Origin: a virus
Reading direction: 5' to 3' (one strand)
DNA: 51,533 bases
IMG/VR virus record: IMGVR_UViG_3300045988_053936
Numbering within the stretch: the stretch's first letter is position 1; the number at the start of each line of letters is the position of its first letter. A model generated the notes under the pieces. It made no database searches and had not been told where the DNA came from. It worked only from the letters and a program-made list of their open reading frames with translations. The translations under genes and the position numbers were made by a program. This document shows, piece by piece, positions 7,023 to 15,138 of the stretch.

Positions 7023-7355
7023 ATGAGATTGTCCCCAGATATGATCCAGCGCGTTGAGAATATAGCCGCCAGCGCGTTATATAACTATGAGGCCGTGGGC
7101 GTCCGCGTCCAGGATGTCCCGTTTTCTCCCGGCACTATGTCCCACTGCTCCCATATCTGGGACAACGGAGACGATACCGGCGAGGAGCTGCCCGGCGTGT
7201 CTGCTATGCGTTGGGACTCCATCAACGAGGCGCAACGGCACGGCTACTATTACGGCGATTATGTGGCCGTCATTGCTGGCAACTCGTGGGACTACGGCGA
7301 GGACTCTGGGGAGATCGTCATACATGACCCGATTGTAATTGAGATATTAGCATAA
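7023..7355 (+). CDS. Hypothetical acidic protein (110 aa)
   Basis: ATG 7023 follows AAGAGGTG. It is followed by a strong terminator. Confidence 0.6.
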   Translation: MRLSPDMIQRVENIAASALYNYEAVGVRVQDVPFSPGTMSHCSHIWDNGDDTGEELPGVSAMRWDSINEAQRHGYYYGDYVAVIAGNSWDYGEDSGEIVIHDPIVIEILA

Positions 7356-7363
7356 TACCACCG

Positions 7364-7398
7364 CCCGCCCTGGAGCTTCCTGGGGCGGGTTTTCTTTT
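7364..7398 (+). terminator. Intrinsic terminator ending the plus-strand cassette
   Basis: CCCGCCC (7364-7370) pairs with GGGCGGG (7383-7389), followed by TTTTCTTTT. Confidence 0.75.
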
Positions 7399-7634
7399 GC
7401 TCATGTCCCTATGCCCTCCAGTAGCTTCCCGCCGCTTGTGTGGCCTCCTATGGTCAGCAGGCGGCATTTTTGCGCCCGTATCCAGCGGGGCAGGAGAAAG
7501 GTAAAACGCAAAGCTTCAGTAAAGGCCATTTGCAGGCCCGCAAGGCGGCCTTGCCACCCTGTAGTGTCCCTATATTTCCACTCGCCAAAACGGCCCATAG
7601 CGGCCCGCACAGCGCCACACAAGGCATAAAGCAA

Positions 7635-7682
7635 CCCCGGCCCACTCCATCAGGGAGCAAGCCGGGGTATTATTATTTGTTG
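7635..7682 (+). terminator. Orphan terminator-like hairpin in an ORF-poor spacer
   Basis: CCCCGGC (7635-7641) pairs with GCCGGGG (7661-7667), with an inner CUCC/GGAG stem and a T-rich tail TATTATTATTTGTT. Confidence 0.35.
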
Positions 7683-7819
7683 CGGGCCAGGGAGAGAACA
7701 GCGCAACGGCTCTTGTTTGCGTCCTACCGGGCGCAGCGGGAGCCGGGGCACAAATACATATCGTTCAAAGTGATACCACCGCTTGCTCGGCATCCACTCA
7801 TAAGCAGAGGGCAAAATTT

Positions 7820-7926
7820 ATAGTCGATAACTCCTGACGGATTTTCATCCATAGTCGCAGCCTCCAAATAGTCGTTTCATAGTCCTTTGACTTCCAAAAA
7901 GTTCCTGAAATAGTCGCTGATAGTCG
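7820..7926 (+). repeat. Six same-orientation ATAGTC(G/C) repeats downstream of terS (candidate pac or protein-binding array)
   Basis: Repeat starts are at 7820, 7851, 7868, 7879 (ATAGTCC), 7910 and 7920, giving spacings of 31, 17, 11, 31 and 10 bp. Further copies lie at 8337, 8466 and 8754, with near copies at 8538 and 8694. Confidence 0.7.
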
Positions 7927-7927
7927 T

Positions 7928-8467
7928 TTACTCCTCCACCACCACAGACCCGGCGATCCGCTCTTCAAGCTGCTTTTGGTCGGTTATAGTCCCTAGCGGA
8001 TTGTTGGGAGTAAGAACAACCTCGGATTTGTCCACAAGGCCGTCATAGTTCTTTTGCCACCATACTAAAGTTACCGGATTTAGCTTGCCGTCAGCGCCCA
8101 ACATTTCGCGGTAAGCGGCGCAAAATTTCTTAACTTTTTTAATGAATTCGGAGTGCGCAGAGCTGCGTGAACGCCCATTTTCCCAATCATACACTTCATC
8201 TTTGTTCAAGCCAAGTGCAAGGTATGTTACTTGATTGGTCACTCTAACGTCATGCTCCGAACAATAGTGAACGAACTTCCAGAACCTATCTTCCAGAGCT
8301 TGAACATCGGACTTATCAACATCCCCCCAACTAAGGATAGTCGCAAGCACTCCAGCATACTTAGCATTGTCGCCGGGCTGAGTATGTACCCCGTTATCTC
8401 CAATCACAGGTGAGTTCCCGCCTCTTGGCTTCATCTTGCGCTTAACAAGTTCTTTCCCCTGCTCCAT
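7928..8467 (-). CDS. terS: Terminase small subunit (putative)
   Basis: GLNKDEVYDWENGRSRSSAHSEFIKKVKKFCAAYREMLG...NPVTLVWWQKNYDG resembles the TerS HTH plus oligomerisation region. The start at MEQGKE (8467) follows the upstream stop. Confidence 0.6.
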   Translation of the reverse strand: MEQGKELVKRKMKPRGGNSPVIGDNGVHTQPGDNAKYAGVLATILSWGDVDKSDVQALEDRFWKFVHYCSEHDVRVTNQVTYLALGLNKDEVYDWENGRSRSSAHSEFIKKVKKFCAAYREMLGADGKLNPVTLVWWQKNYDGLVDKSEVVLTPNNPLGTITDQKQLEERIAGSVVVEE

Positions 8468-8474
8468 AGTCGTA

Positions 8475-8954
8475 TCATTCTTGTTCAGAGTTGTCACCCT
8501 CCTCCACGACATCAAATCTATCATCATGTCTCCATCCATAGTTGTAAGGTTTGATAGCGTTGCAGATCAAGTCTTTGCAGATGTTCATAAAGTCTTTTAC
8601 CTGTTGCTCCGTTAGTTTTCCGTCTCCCCATGATTGCGCGGATTGCAAAGCATCACATCCAGAACAGGACCCATACCACGCAAAAGTCATGAGATAGTCT
8701 TCCGGGTCCGGCTGGTAGGAATTGAATGGAATCAGATAAATCAAAGTCCCTTGATAGTCGCCATCATCAATTTCGTGAACTCTGTCTATAAAAAGATTCT
8801 CATTGTCGAGTCGGCTATCATCATTATAAATCTTATCAAAGGCAATCTTTACAAGGTCTACATAGCTACATTCATTCAGATCATCTCTTGAGGACAGTTC
8901 TGTTCTGAGCTTATCCTTGTTTTTATCCCAGAGTTCTTTCATGATTTTTAACAT
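8475..8954 (-). CDS. Hypothetical protein (159 aa)
   Basis: AT-rich ORF in the operon that leads to terS. Confidence 0.6.
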   Translation of the reverse strand: MLKIMKELWDKNKDKLRTELSSRDDLNECSYVDLVKIAFDKIYNDDSRLDNENLFIDRVHEIDDGDYQGTLIYLIPFNSYQPDPEDYLMTFAWYGSCSGCDALQSAQSWGDGKLTEQQVKDFMNICKDLICNAIKPYNYGWRHDDRFDVVEEGDNSEQE

Positions 8955-9239
8955 TTAATCACCTACCTTCGCAAACCCAAACCTCTCTCGCGCTCTCTTT
9001 GCCATGTTTTCACGCTGTTCGTCCGACAGTTCCTTTGGAGCGCGGACTTTAATCCACTTCTTGGGGAAAGTATATTCCCTCATTCCTTCACCACTTCTAA
9101 GTAAAGTAATTTCTTTGTGTTTTTCGGCAAGTATATCTAAGCGGCGGATCAAGGCACGGTCCATCGTGTAGCAGGAGGCAAGAGGCCCTTCCTGATTGTA
9201 GTTGTAGATAGTTTCCATCTCATATTTTGTTAAGCCCAT
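8955..9239 (-). CDS. Hypothetical protein (94 aa)
   Basis: First ORF after the promoter at 9313-9341. Confidence 0.6.
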   Translation of the reverse strand: MGLTKYEMETIYNYNQEGPLASCYTMDRALIRRLDILAEKHKEITLLRSGEGMREYTFPKKWIKVRAPKELSDEQRENMAKRARERFGFAKVGD

Positions 9240-9312
9240 TACTTATTACTCCCAAACACAACCTTCATATAACTGTTTGTTATTTTTAAATTTTCTTAAA
9301 AATCCCCATTAA

Positions 9313-9341
9313 ATCATATATCATGATATTCTAGTTGTCAA
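9313..9341 (-). promoter_or_regulatory. Sigma-70-like promoter upstream of the 94-aa / 159-aa / terS operon
   Basis: On the minus strand, TTGACA (9341-9336), a 17-nt spacer, then TATGAT (9318-9313), in an AT-rich gap. Confidence 0.55.
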
Positions 9342-9344
9342 CCT

Positions 9345-9527
9345 CTAGCCCATGATTTTTTTGATTGGCCGGTAATACTTCTCAATTGTGGCCCATCGTT
9401 CTCCACAAAATTGACATTTCCTGTGACGTTCTATCCTACCTCCCATAACCGTATGACTTCCATAAACAACTCCTTCTCTACCGCAATTAGGGCAAATTCT
9501 AGCTGCTGTAATATTATCTGGCATCAT
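9345..9527 (-). CDS. Zinc-ribbon protein (NrdR-N-terminal-like), candidate regulator
   Basis: CPNCG...RHRKCQFCGERWATIE resembles the NrdR-type CxxC...RRRxCxxCxxRFTTxE ribbon. It is the last early gene before the terS-operon promoter. Confidence 0.45.
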   Translation of the reverse strand: MMPDNITAARICPNCGREGVVYGSHTVMGGRIERHRKCQFCGERWATIEKYYRPIKKIMG

Positions 9528-9753
9528 ATACCTCCGCCAATGCGTTAAACTCGTCTCTGTTAAGCGGCTCCGTCGGTCTTTCCTGTGGTGCTAATCCTCG
9601 GACCCGCAACGCCGTTAAAATCGCATCTGTGTTAAGCCCCAAGAAAGTTGATAGCTGCCGCATAGAATATCCTTCTGCGCGTTTGAGCGATACCCACTCC
9701 CACTGCGCATCAGAATACATATCACCAGGGAAATGGTATCTACGAACCATCAA
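9514..9753 (-). CDS. HTH-containing small protein
   Basis: GYSMRQLSTFLGLNTDAILTALR is an HTH-like segment. Confidence 0.45.
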   Translation of the reverse strand: MMVRRYHFPGDMYSDAQWEWVSLKRAEGYSMRQLSTFLGLNTDAILTALRVRGLAPQERPTEPLNRDEFNALAEVYDAR

Positions 9754-9974
9754 TATCCCCCTTCATTTTCTAAAAGCCACTCTTTCAACTCAACATGGGC
9801 TTTTGCAAATGCGTACTCCATATCACAATGTTGTACATTGACTACGCATTTCTTTTCGTTTTCTACAATAAGATGTACGATTATGCACCAATCAACAACA
9901 GAAGAATATGCTATTTCTAGCCAAACTTTCCGGCGTTCTGTAAGATTGTCTATGAAGCGAAGAAATTCATTCAT
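9750..9974 (-). CDS. Hypothetical protein (74 aa)
   Basis: Coupled ORF with 4-nt overlaps on both sides. Confidence 0.55.
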   Translation of the reverse strand: MNEFLRFIDNLTERRKVWLEIAYSSVVDWCIIVHLIVENEKKCVVNVQHCDMEYAFAKAHVELKEWLLENEGGY

Positions 9975-10252
9975 CTTTGCCCATCTCCAAAAACTTCTTG
10001 CACTTCATCCGCACCTCCAACGATCTCCTCATGCTGCCCGCTCTCCCCGTCTCGCCTGTTCCATTTTTCGGTGATGCTCCTGACCGCTTCGCCCATATCA
10101 AAGCAGCAATTCGCCATCGGGTTTGCATAAATGCGCGTTTCTAGTCCGCACTCTGTGCATACGATAGAAAACTCTGCAACAGAAACCATAGTATTCAGTT
10201 TACAGAGCATTACTTCTCCGCCGCAATGCGGGCAGTTCTTTAGCTTAAGCAT
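9971..10252 (-). CDS. Lar-family (restriction alleviation-like) zinc-ribbon protein
   Basis: LKNCPHCGG...CTECG...AVRSITEKWNRR matches the Lar pattern. Confidence 0.6.
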   Translation of the reverse strand: MLKLKNCPHCGGEVMLCKLNTMVSVAEFSIVCTECGLETRIYANPMANCCFDMGEAVRSITEKWNRRDGESGQHEEIVGGADEVQEVFGDGQR

Positions 10253-10634
10253 GATTGCCCCCCTCCCCGTCGTGGATGGAACCGATGACTTCCCAATTAC
10301 CGCCGTGAATGCAATATCCGCTTGTGTACGGTTCTCCCAAAAAACCCTTTTCTATGTCATCTTCCCATACAACTGGTTCGTCATAAACTTTATGCTTTCC
10401 GTAGTAATCGGTTTCTCGTCTTACAACATCCCCATCAAAAATCTTCTTCCCGTTCTTGTCGGTCAGACCGGTGTACTGGCAGACCGTGGAGGGGTCGACC
10501 TCGTACTTGTTTAGGACATCTGGAATATAGTCCTCGCAACAGATAAATGCTGTGCCGTCCTTGTATGTAATCAGACTTCCTTCCACCCACGCACCATTAT
10601 CCAGCCGCTTGGCTTTGAAAAGGATTTCTCTCAT
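10245..10634 (-). CDS. YopX-family protein
   Basis: MREILFKAKRLDNGAWVEG...QYTGLTDKNGKKIFDGDVV...EVIGSIHD is the typical YopX signature. Confidence 0.65.
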   Translation of the reverse strand: MREILFKAKRLDNGAWVEGSLITYKDGTAFICCEDYIPDVLNKYEVDPSTVCQYTGLTDKNGKKIFDGDVVRRETDYYGKHKVYDEPVVWEDDIEKGFLGEPYTSGYCIHGGNWEVIGSIHDGEGGNHA

Positions 10635-11362
10635 TGGGCACCTCCGATGATCTCGTCAAGGGTGACGGTTTCGTCGGGACGGAGAGAGGGGAACATCCCT
10701 TTCTCCAGGCCAACAAAGAACCACCCATTATTATCTCGCATAGGGCAATCTACCATTGCAGGCCGCCCCAGTTCGTCTTTTTGGATATGTGTAAAATTTG
10801 GAAATGTTCCAGAACAGAACATCCTCTTGATATTCTTTGCGTCCTCCACCTCCTGCTGCGTCCAGCGGGGCTTGCGGATGATGCGGTCGGGGTAGTTGAT
10901 AAGGTCTAATGCAATGCAGTCTTGAACGTCCCCATCTTTGTCTTCTATGAGCCCTTCCGGGGTAATGTGATATGGATTGCAGTACGAATCTGCAATGTAG
11001 AATTGTTCTCCCACATCGAACCCCAGCACCTCACAAATTCTCGGCTTGTCCATGTTGGCCTCCTTCCTTTTCACCCAATTTTTGCACCCTTCCTGTGGGT
11101 CAAAGTCCTTCTCAATTTCACACCCAATGCAGTTAAAACAAGTGCGTGGTTCATCATCCTCCACCACCTCATAGCCCATCAGGCGAGCGGCTTCGTGAGG
11201 GTTGGCTCTTACGTATTCATGACACGGCCTCTTTGTCCCTGCGTATTGCTGCACGGGTTCCCGAAGCTCGCAATAGTCGCAATCTTTTTTGCTATCGCAA
11301 AACTGCTCTAATGCCTGTTCAATGGTAAGTGCGACTTCGCCCGTCTTACTCCGAAACCTCAT
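10631..11362 (-). CDS. Hypothetical Cys-rich protein
   Basis: Long ORF. The start is tentatively placed at MRFRSK (11362). Confidence 0.5.
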   Translation of the reverse strand: MRFRSKTGEVALTIEQALEQFCDSKKDCDYCELREPVQQYAGTKRPCHEYVRANPHEAARLMGYEVVEDDEPRTCFNCIGCEIEKDFDPQEGCKNWVKRKEANMDKPRICEVLGFDVGEQFYIADSYCNPYHITPEGLIEDKDGDVQDCIALDLINYPDRIIRKPRWTQQEVEDAKNIKRMFCSGTFPNFTHIQKDELGRPAMVDCPMRDNNGWFFVGLEKGMFPSLRPDETVTLDEIIGGAQ

Positions 11363-11798
11363 GGGCGGCCTCCTCAAAATGGATTCTCCCGCAGTTGTCA
11401 TACCGCATCTGCTTGTCCTGTACGCCTCTCAGAATGATGTACGCCCGCCGGAGTTGGTCAATGTCGAAGTACCCGAAATGGCAATCCTCGATTGGTATTT
11501 CCATCTCATGGGCCAGCCAGCGGTAAAGGTCGTTGCGCTTCTTGTGGGCCTTTGGCTTTCCCTGCCAGAGCGGGTCAAAGAGAGCGTGACACATCTTTTT
11601 CCCTGTCCGCATCGGTTCGTCAGCCAACAGACCCAGGGCTTCCCGTGGGCGGGGCTTATGCGTCCCTACATAGGCCCCGCACTGCTCACAGAGGTAGCAA
11701 TATCCGCTTCCGTACTCCCGTCCATAGACACGGGCATTAGAACCATAGGTCACACGCCCGCCGCAGATATTACAGCGGGTCGGATGGGTGTTTATCAT
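11346..11798 (-). CDS. DUF3268-like zinc-finger protein
   Basis: CNICGG...YCYLCEQCGAYVGTH...ALGLLAD...AHALFDPLW fits the pattern of this phage family. Confidence 0.55.
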   Translation of the reverse strand: MINTHPTRCNICGGRVTYGSNARVYGREYGSGYCYLCEQCGAYVGTHKPRPREALGLLADEPMRTGKKMCHALFDPLWQGKPKAHKKRNDLYRWLAHEMEIPIEDCHFGYFDIDQLRRAYIILRGVQDKQMRYDNCGRIHFEEAAHEVSE

Positions 11799-12084
11799 GC
11801 TCGGCCTCCCTTCGCTGGCCCCAAGAGCAAAAATGTTCGTCTCCGTCGTGGTCTAAGTATGAGTGATGATGGATTTCGCATAGCATCCGCTTGCCAGTTT
11901 CCCATTCGTCGCAGATTTTGTAGTATATGCACTCCCGGCACCTGACCACAGGCACGGCGTCGATGGTGGGGGCATGACAAATCAAATTAAGAAAATTACG
12001 GTTACAGTTACGTTCAATGCCAGTTGCCCCTTTATATTGTTTCTCAACTTCGTCATAAATCATGTCAACATCAGCTAATCTCAT
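11770..12084 (-). CDS. Hypothetical Cys/His-rich protein
   Basis: ATG 12084 lies 6 nt after GAGGAGG. Contains VVRCRECIYY...CEIHHH. Confidence 0.5.
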   Translation of the reverse strand: MRLADVDMIYDEVEKQYKGATGIERNCNRNFLNLICHAPTIDAVPVVRCRECIYYKICDEWETGKRMLCEIHHHSYLDHDGDEHFCSWGQRREAEHDKHPSDPL

Positions 12085-12358
12085 GCCCGTCCTCCTCGTC
12101 CATGCGAGCGCCGCACGTTGGACAGTATGGCATATTCTCAAATGTTAGCGGCTGTGTTCCAGCACAAACAGAGCACCTAACTCTTGAAATGATTCCGCTT
12201 GCGGTTGAAACCCTTTCCCATCTTCCGTGCCTCACCTCCGCAACGTCGGCGGCGGGGATACGAGTTATCACATCATTGGCACACTGGCAATACCCCAATG
12301 CCCTTATCAGCGCGTTCAGCGCAGTTACCCTCTCGATGTACTCCTTCATTCGCTCCAC
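12071..12358 (-). CDS. Hypothetical zinc-ribbon protein
   Basis: RCSVCAG...PYCPTCGARMD. Confidence 0.5.
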   Translation of the reverse strand: MERMKEYIERVTALNALIRALGYCQCANDVITRIPAADVAEVRHGRWERVSTASGIISRVRCSVCAGTQPLTFENMPYCPTCGARMDEEDGHEIS

Positions 12359-12603
12359 CTCCGTTCGTGATCGTCCACAATCCGTTGAATGATTTCCAAC
12401 TCTTCATCTGTCAGCGTCCGGTTCCACGCAATGGAGAAATCGCCCGTACACCGATTCGGGCAGGCCGTACACTCGCAACGGTTGGCGTTGCTGGTATCAT
12501 TCACCCTGAATGGGCAGCTGTGGTTATAGCAGTCAGTTCTAATCCCTAATTCCCGGTCGACAAATTCAGCGGGATACATCCGCGGTATAGTTTTATTATC
12601 CAT
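12346..12603 (-). CDS. Hypothetical Cys-rich protein (85 aa)
   Basis: Coupled ORF. Confidence 0.5.
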   Translation of the reverse strand: MDNKTIPRMYPAEFVDRELGIRTDCYNHSCPFRVNDTSNANRCECTACPNRCTGDFSIAWNRTLTDEELEIIQRIVDDHERRWSE

Positions 12604-13054
12604 CCTGCTCCCTCCGTAGTGCGGCTTCCTCGCGGGTGAGGAACACGGTTCTGCCGAAATCTTCAGCTATCAAATAACCGTTCCAAATCGGATATGTAAT
12701 CTCTCCATCTGCGTTAATTTGTACGCCATCAAGACGGCTCACGCTCGGGCAGTCATCACCTATGCGCCATTGATAAATAGTTTGATCTAGCTTTGCAGGT
12801 AACACCACGCACCGCCCCTCACGATCCGCCTGGGCCAGCTTGCGGAGACAGTCAATGGAGCCGAGCTCCTTGTAGGCATTAAGCTCATGCAGCGCACAGG
12901 CGATTTTTGCCATATCCACGGCAGAGAGGATTTCCTCCGGCTCCAGCCCCGTGCCCTCGTAGGCTGCGAGGCGGTCAACGGCTTCTCCGCTGTATTCGGT
13001 GTTGCCAATTTTGAGCCGCCATTTCCCGCCGTCAAAGTATGTCAGCCGCTTCAT
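12596..13054 (-). CDS. Hypothetical protein (152 aa)
   Basis: ORF in the early operon. No family assigned. Confidence 0.55.
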   Translation of the reverse strand: MKRLTYFDGGKWRLKIGNTEYSGEAVDRLAAYEGTGLEPEEILSAVDMAKIACALHELNAYKELGSIDCLRKLAQADREGRCVVLPAKLDQTIYQWRIGDDCPSVSRLDGVQINADGEITYPIWNGYLIAEDFGRTVFLTREEAALRREQDG

Positions 13055-13055
13055 G

Positions 13056-13211
13056 TCAGTCCTCCACCTTGTATTTGAATGACAGTGGGCAACACTCTAC
13101 GCATTCCCCACCAAAAAGCGAACATCCATACTCCGTATATCCAGTATCCCACTCTTTGTATGTTTCTTCGCAGTATTCGCAATTTTCCCAACTGTTTTCA
13201 AACTCATCCAT
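13056..13211 (-). CDS. Small Cys-rich protein (51 aa)
   Basis: Fills a gap in the track. Its ATG follows the upstream stop (TGAGATG), and its own stop (13056) lies 1 nt before the next start. Translation MDEFENSWENCEYCEETYKEWDTGYTEYGCSLFGGECVECCPLSFKYKVED. Confidence 0.45.
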   Translation of the reverse strand: MDEFENSWENCEYCEETYKEWDTGYTEYGCSLFGGECVECCPLSFKYKVED

Positions 13212-13212
13212 C

Positions 13213-13782
13213 TCAATTCCCCAACATCTTTAAGCTGTTACTGACGGAACGATATGTATCGGACGCAGATACAATCGCAAAGACATTTTCTGCAAGTGTA
13301 GATCTCATGGCATCATCAAACAGGGTCTTTACCTTCTTGTTTACATCGTCCCTGATGCACTTTGCCATCTTGTCCATATACGGTTTTACTTCCGCCTCAA
13401 TGTTAAGATAATTCTGGAGATATTCTTGGAAAGACACTTTTTCTTCTTTCATACTACCCCATCTATCTTTCTGCTTCACAGTAAAGGACTGACTCTCAAA
13501 CACGTCTTTGATTTGCTTTTTGAGATATTCTTCGGCTGTGTATTCTTCAACATTGTCGCTGTTCCAGCCTCCGCCAATGTGAATCTTTGTTGTTTTAAGA
13601 TAGTTGTTGACATATCCAACAATCGAATCGTTAACAATTCCCTCAATTTTGCCGCAAAGAACAGAATCAACTTTTGCGTGAGCAACGTCCATAATTGCCT
13701 GCTCGACGGCGTTTTTTGTATTGATTTTTGCGGATTCCTCGATAATACTTTGCAAATTTTCCATATCAATTGTTATTTTCAT
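13213..13782 (-). CDS. Hypothetical protein (189 aa)
   Basis: AT-rich ORF. The start is taken at MKITIDM (13782), just after the upstream stop. Confidence 0.55.
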   Translation of the reverse strand: MKITIDMENLQSIIEESAKINTKNAVEQAIMDVAHAKVDSVLCGKIEGIVNDSIVGYVNNYLKTTKIHIGGGWNSDNVEEYTAEEYLKKQIKDVFESQSFTVKQKDRWGSMKEEKVSFQEYLQNYLNIEAEVKPYMDKMAKCIRDDVNKKVKTLFDDAMRSTLAENVFAIVSASDTYRSVSNSLKMLGN

Positions 13783-13784
13783 AT

Positions 13785-14210
13785 TCAGTCCTCCTTCTGG
13801 CCGCGCCACTTTGGATTGCAATATTCGCATGGCGTATCGGATGCTTTCGCACAGATTGCGCACGGCTCATTTCCGTCTAAAACATCTTGTACCATATAAT
13901 TTTCTAGTTCCTTGATTGCAGAGTCTCTTTGATTTTCTACAATTTCGATACACCGCTTCACCTGTTCCAACTCGGCCCGCAGCTTCTCGTTTTCGGCCTG
14001 GAGCGTGGAGAGGGCGGTGGCGGCGTCTTGGCACATCTTAATGTCTTCTGGTCCTCCTGCGGCGTTCTTTAACCGCTCAATCAGCTTCTCGTGGTCGGCG
14101 TTGGTTGGTTTATGGGCCTTCACGCCATGCGGGCACTCCATTCCATTAGGCAGGCAGCACTTTGGCTGCGCATTGTATTCGCACTCCTCAAAATTGTAGC
14201 ATTCAAGCAT
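13785..14210 (-). CDS. Hypothetical coiled-coil / Cys-rich protein
   Basis: ATG 14210 lies 6 nt after GGAGAGGAGG. Confidence 0.55.
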   Translation of the reverse strand: MLECYNFEECEYNAQPKCCLPNGMECPHGVKAHKPTNADHEKLIERLKNAAGGPEDIKMCQDAATALSTLQAENEKLRAELEQVKRCIEIVENQRDSAIKELENYMVQDVLDGNEPCAICAKASDTPCEYCNPKWRGQKED

Positions 14211-14547
14211 TGGCATCCTCCTCTCCCTCCGGCGGGCGGCGGTAGGCGAGCCAGTTCTCGCCGTATCTGTAATCCTCGATATGCTTTGCATAAAACGGAT
14301 CAAGGATATTCCAATGTGGCGGAGGACTTTCTTCCCGTAACCCAACATGCCAATACGGTTGTCCTCCCATCTCCCGCAGCTGCTCGATGGTTAGCGGCTC
14401 GTTCGGCGGGGACAGTGCGGTGATTGCCATATCAAGCGCCTGAACATCAAGGTCAAAAACATAGCTTCCAGATTCGTCGCATTCCGCCATCCCTTCACAA
14501 TATTTCTTCAGTCCTGTAAGTTGAGTGATTGCCTCTTTCACGTCCAT
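14203..14547 (-). CDS. Hypothetical protein (114 aa)
   Basis: ATG 14547 lies 5 nt after AAGGAGGGG. Confidence 0.55.
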   Translation of the reverse strand: MDVKEAITQLTGLKKYCEGMAECDESGSYVFDLDVQALDMAITALSPPNEPLTIEQLREMGGQPYWHVGLREESPPPHWNILDPFYAKHIEDYRYGENWLAYRRPPEGEEDANA

Positions 14548-14549
14548 CC

Positions 14550-14912
14550 TCACCCCTCCTTTCCCGGCGGCTCCGGAAGGGGCATCCACCACAAGACAAC
14601 AGCATCTTCCCAGTCCAGATATTCATCGATGATCCAGCCGTCAGCCTTATTCCACGATCCAAGCTGATACGCCTCCTCCAGTGTGATGTTCGGCCTCGGC
14701 TTCCCGCTCACGATACACAACACGGACTTATGTTCTGCCGGCATGGCATTTTCCGCGCTCACCCACTCGTTCGGCAGGGTGAGGGTGGGCATAGAGCGTA
14801 CCTTGTCCAGGAATACCTCCCCGATCTGCACGGTTGCTGGATGGCACGCTTGGTCAATTATCTTTTCGCACCATTTCCGTAGTATATTTCCGTCAATCGG
14901 TCGTACTTCCAT
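14550..14912 (-). CDS. DUF551-like protein (second copy)
   Basis: The C-terminus DGWIIDEYLDWEDAVVLWWMPLPEPP is a DUF551 signature. Confidence 0.6.
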   Translation of the reverse strand: MEVRPIDGNILRKWCEKIIDQACHPATVQIGEVFLDKVRSMPTLTLPNEWVSAENAMPAEHKSVLCIVSGKPRPNITLEEAYQLGSWNKADGWIIDEYLDWEDAVVLWWMPLPEPPGKEG

Positions 14913-15138
14913 CTTTCAGCACCTCCTCAGTCGCAATCGTCTCAATTACCGGAACGACCTCAAAATCTCTGTCCCACGAAGAACATCCGCTTCTAGCCTG
15001 CGCCTCAGAACGATATGTCTTGACGGATACGTCTTTTATTTCGGATATGGGACGAAAACTAAAAGCCTTTGCTAGACCGCACCAGACCTCTGTTCTGTTT
15101 TTCCGCATGACCACATAGCGCTTGCGCTCAATCCGCAT
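14893..15138 (-). CDS. Hypothetical protein (81 aa)
   Basis: Coupled ORF. Confidence 0.5.
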   Translation of the reverse strand: MRIERKRYVVMRKNRTEVWCGLAKAFSFRPISEIKDVSVKTYRSEAQARSGCSSWDRDFEVVPVIETIATEEVLKDGSTTD

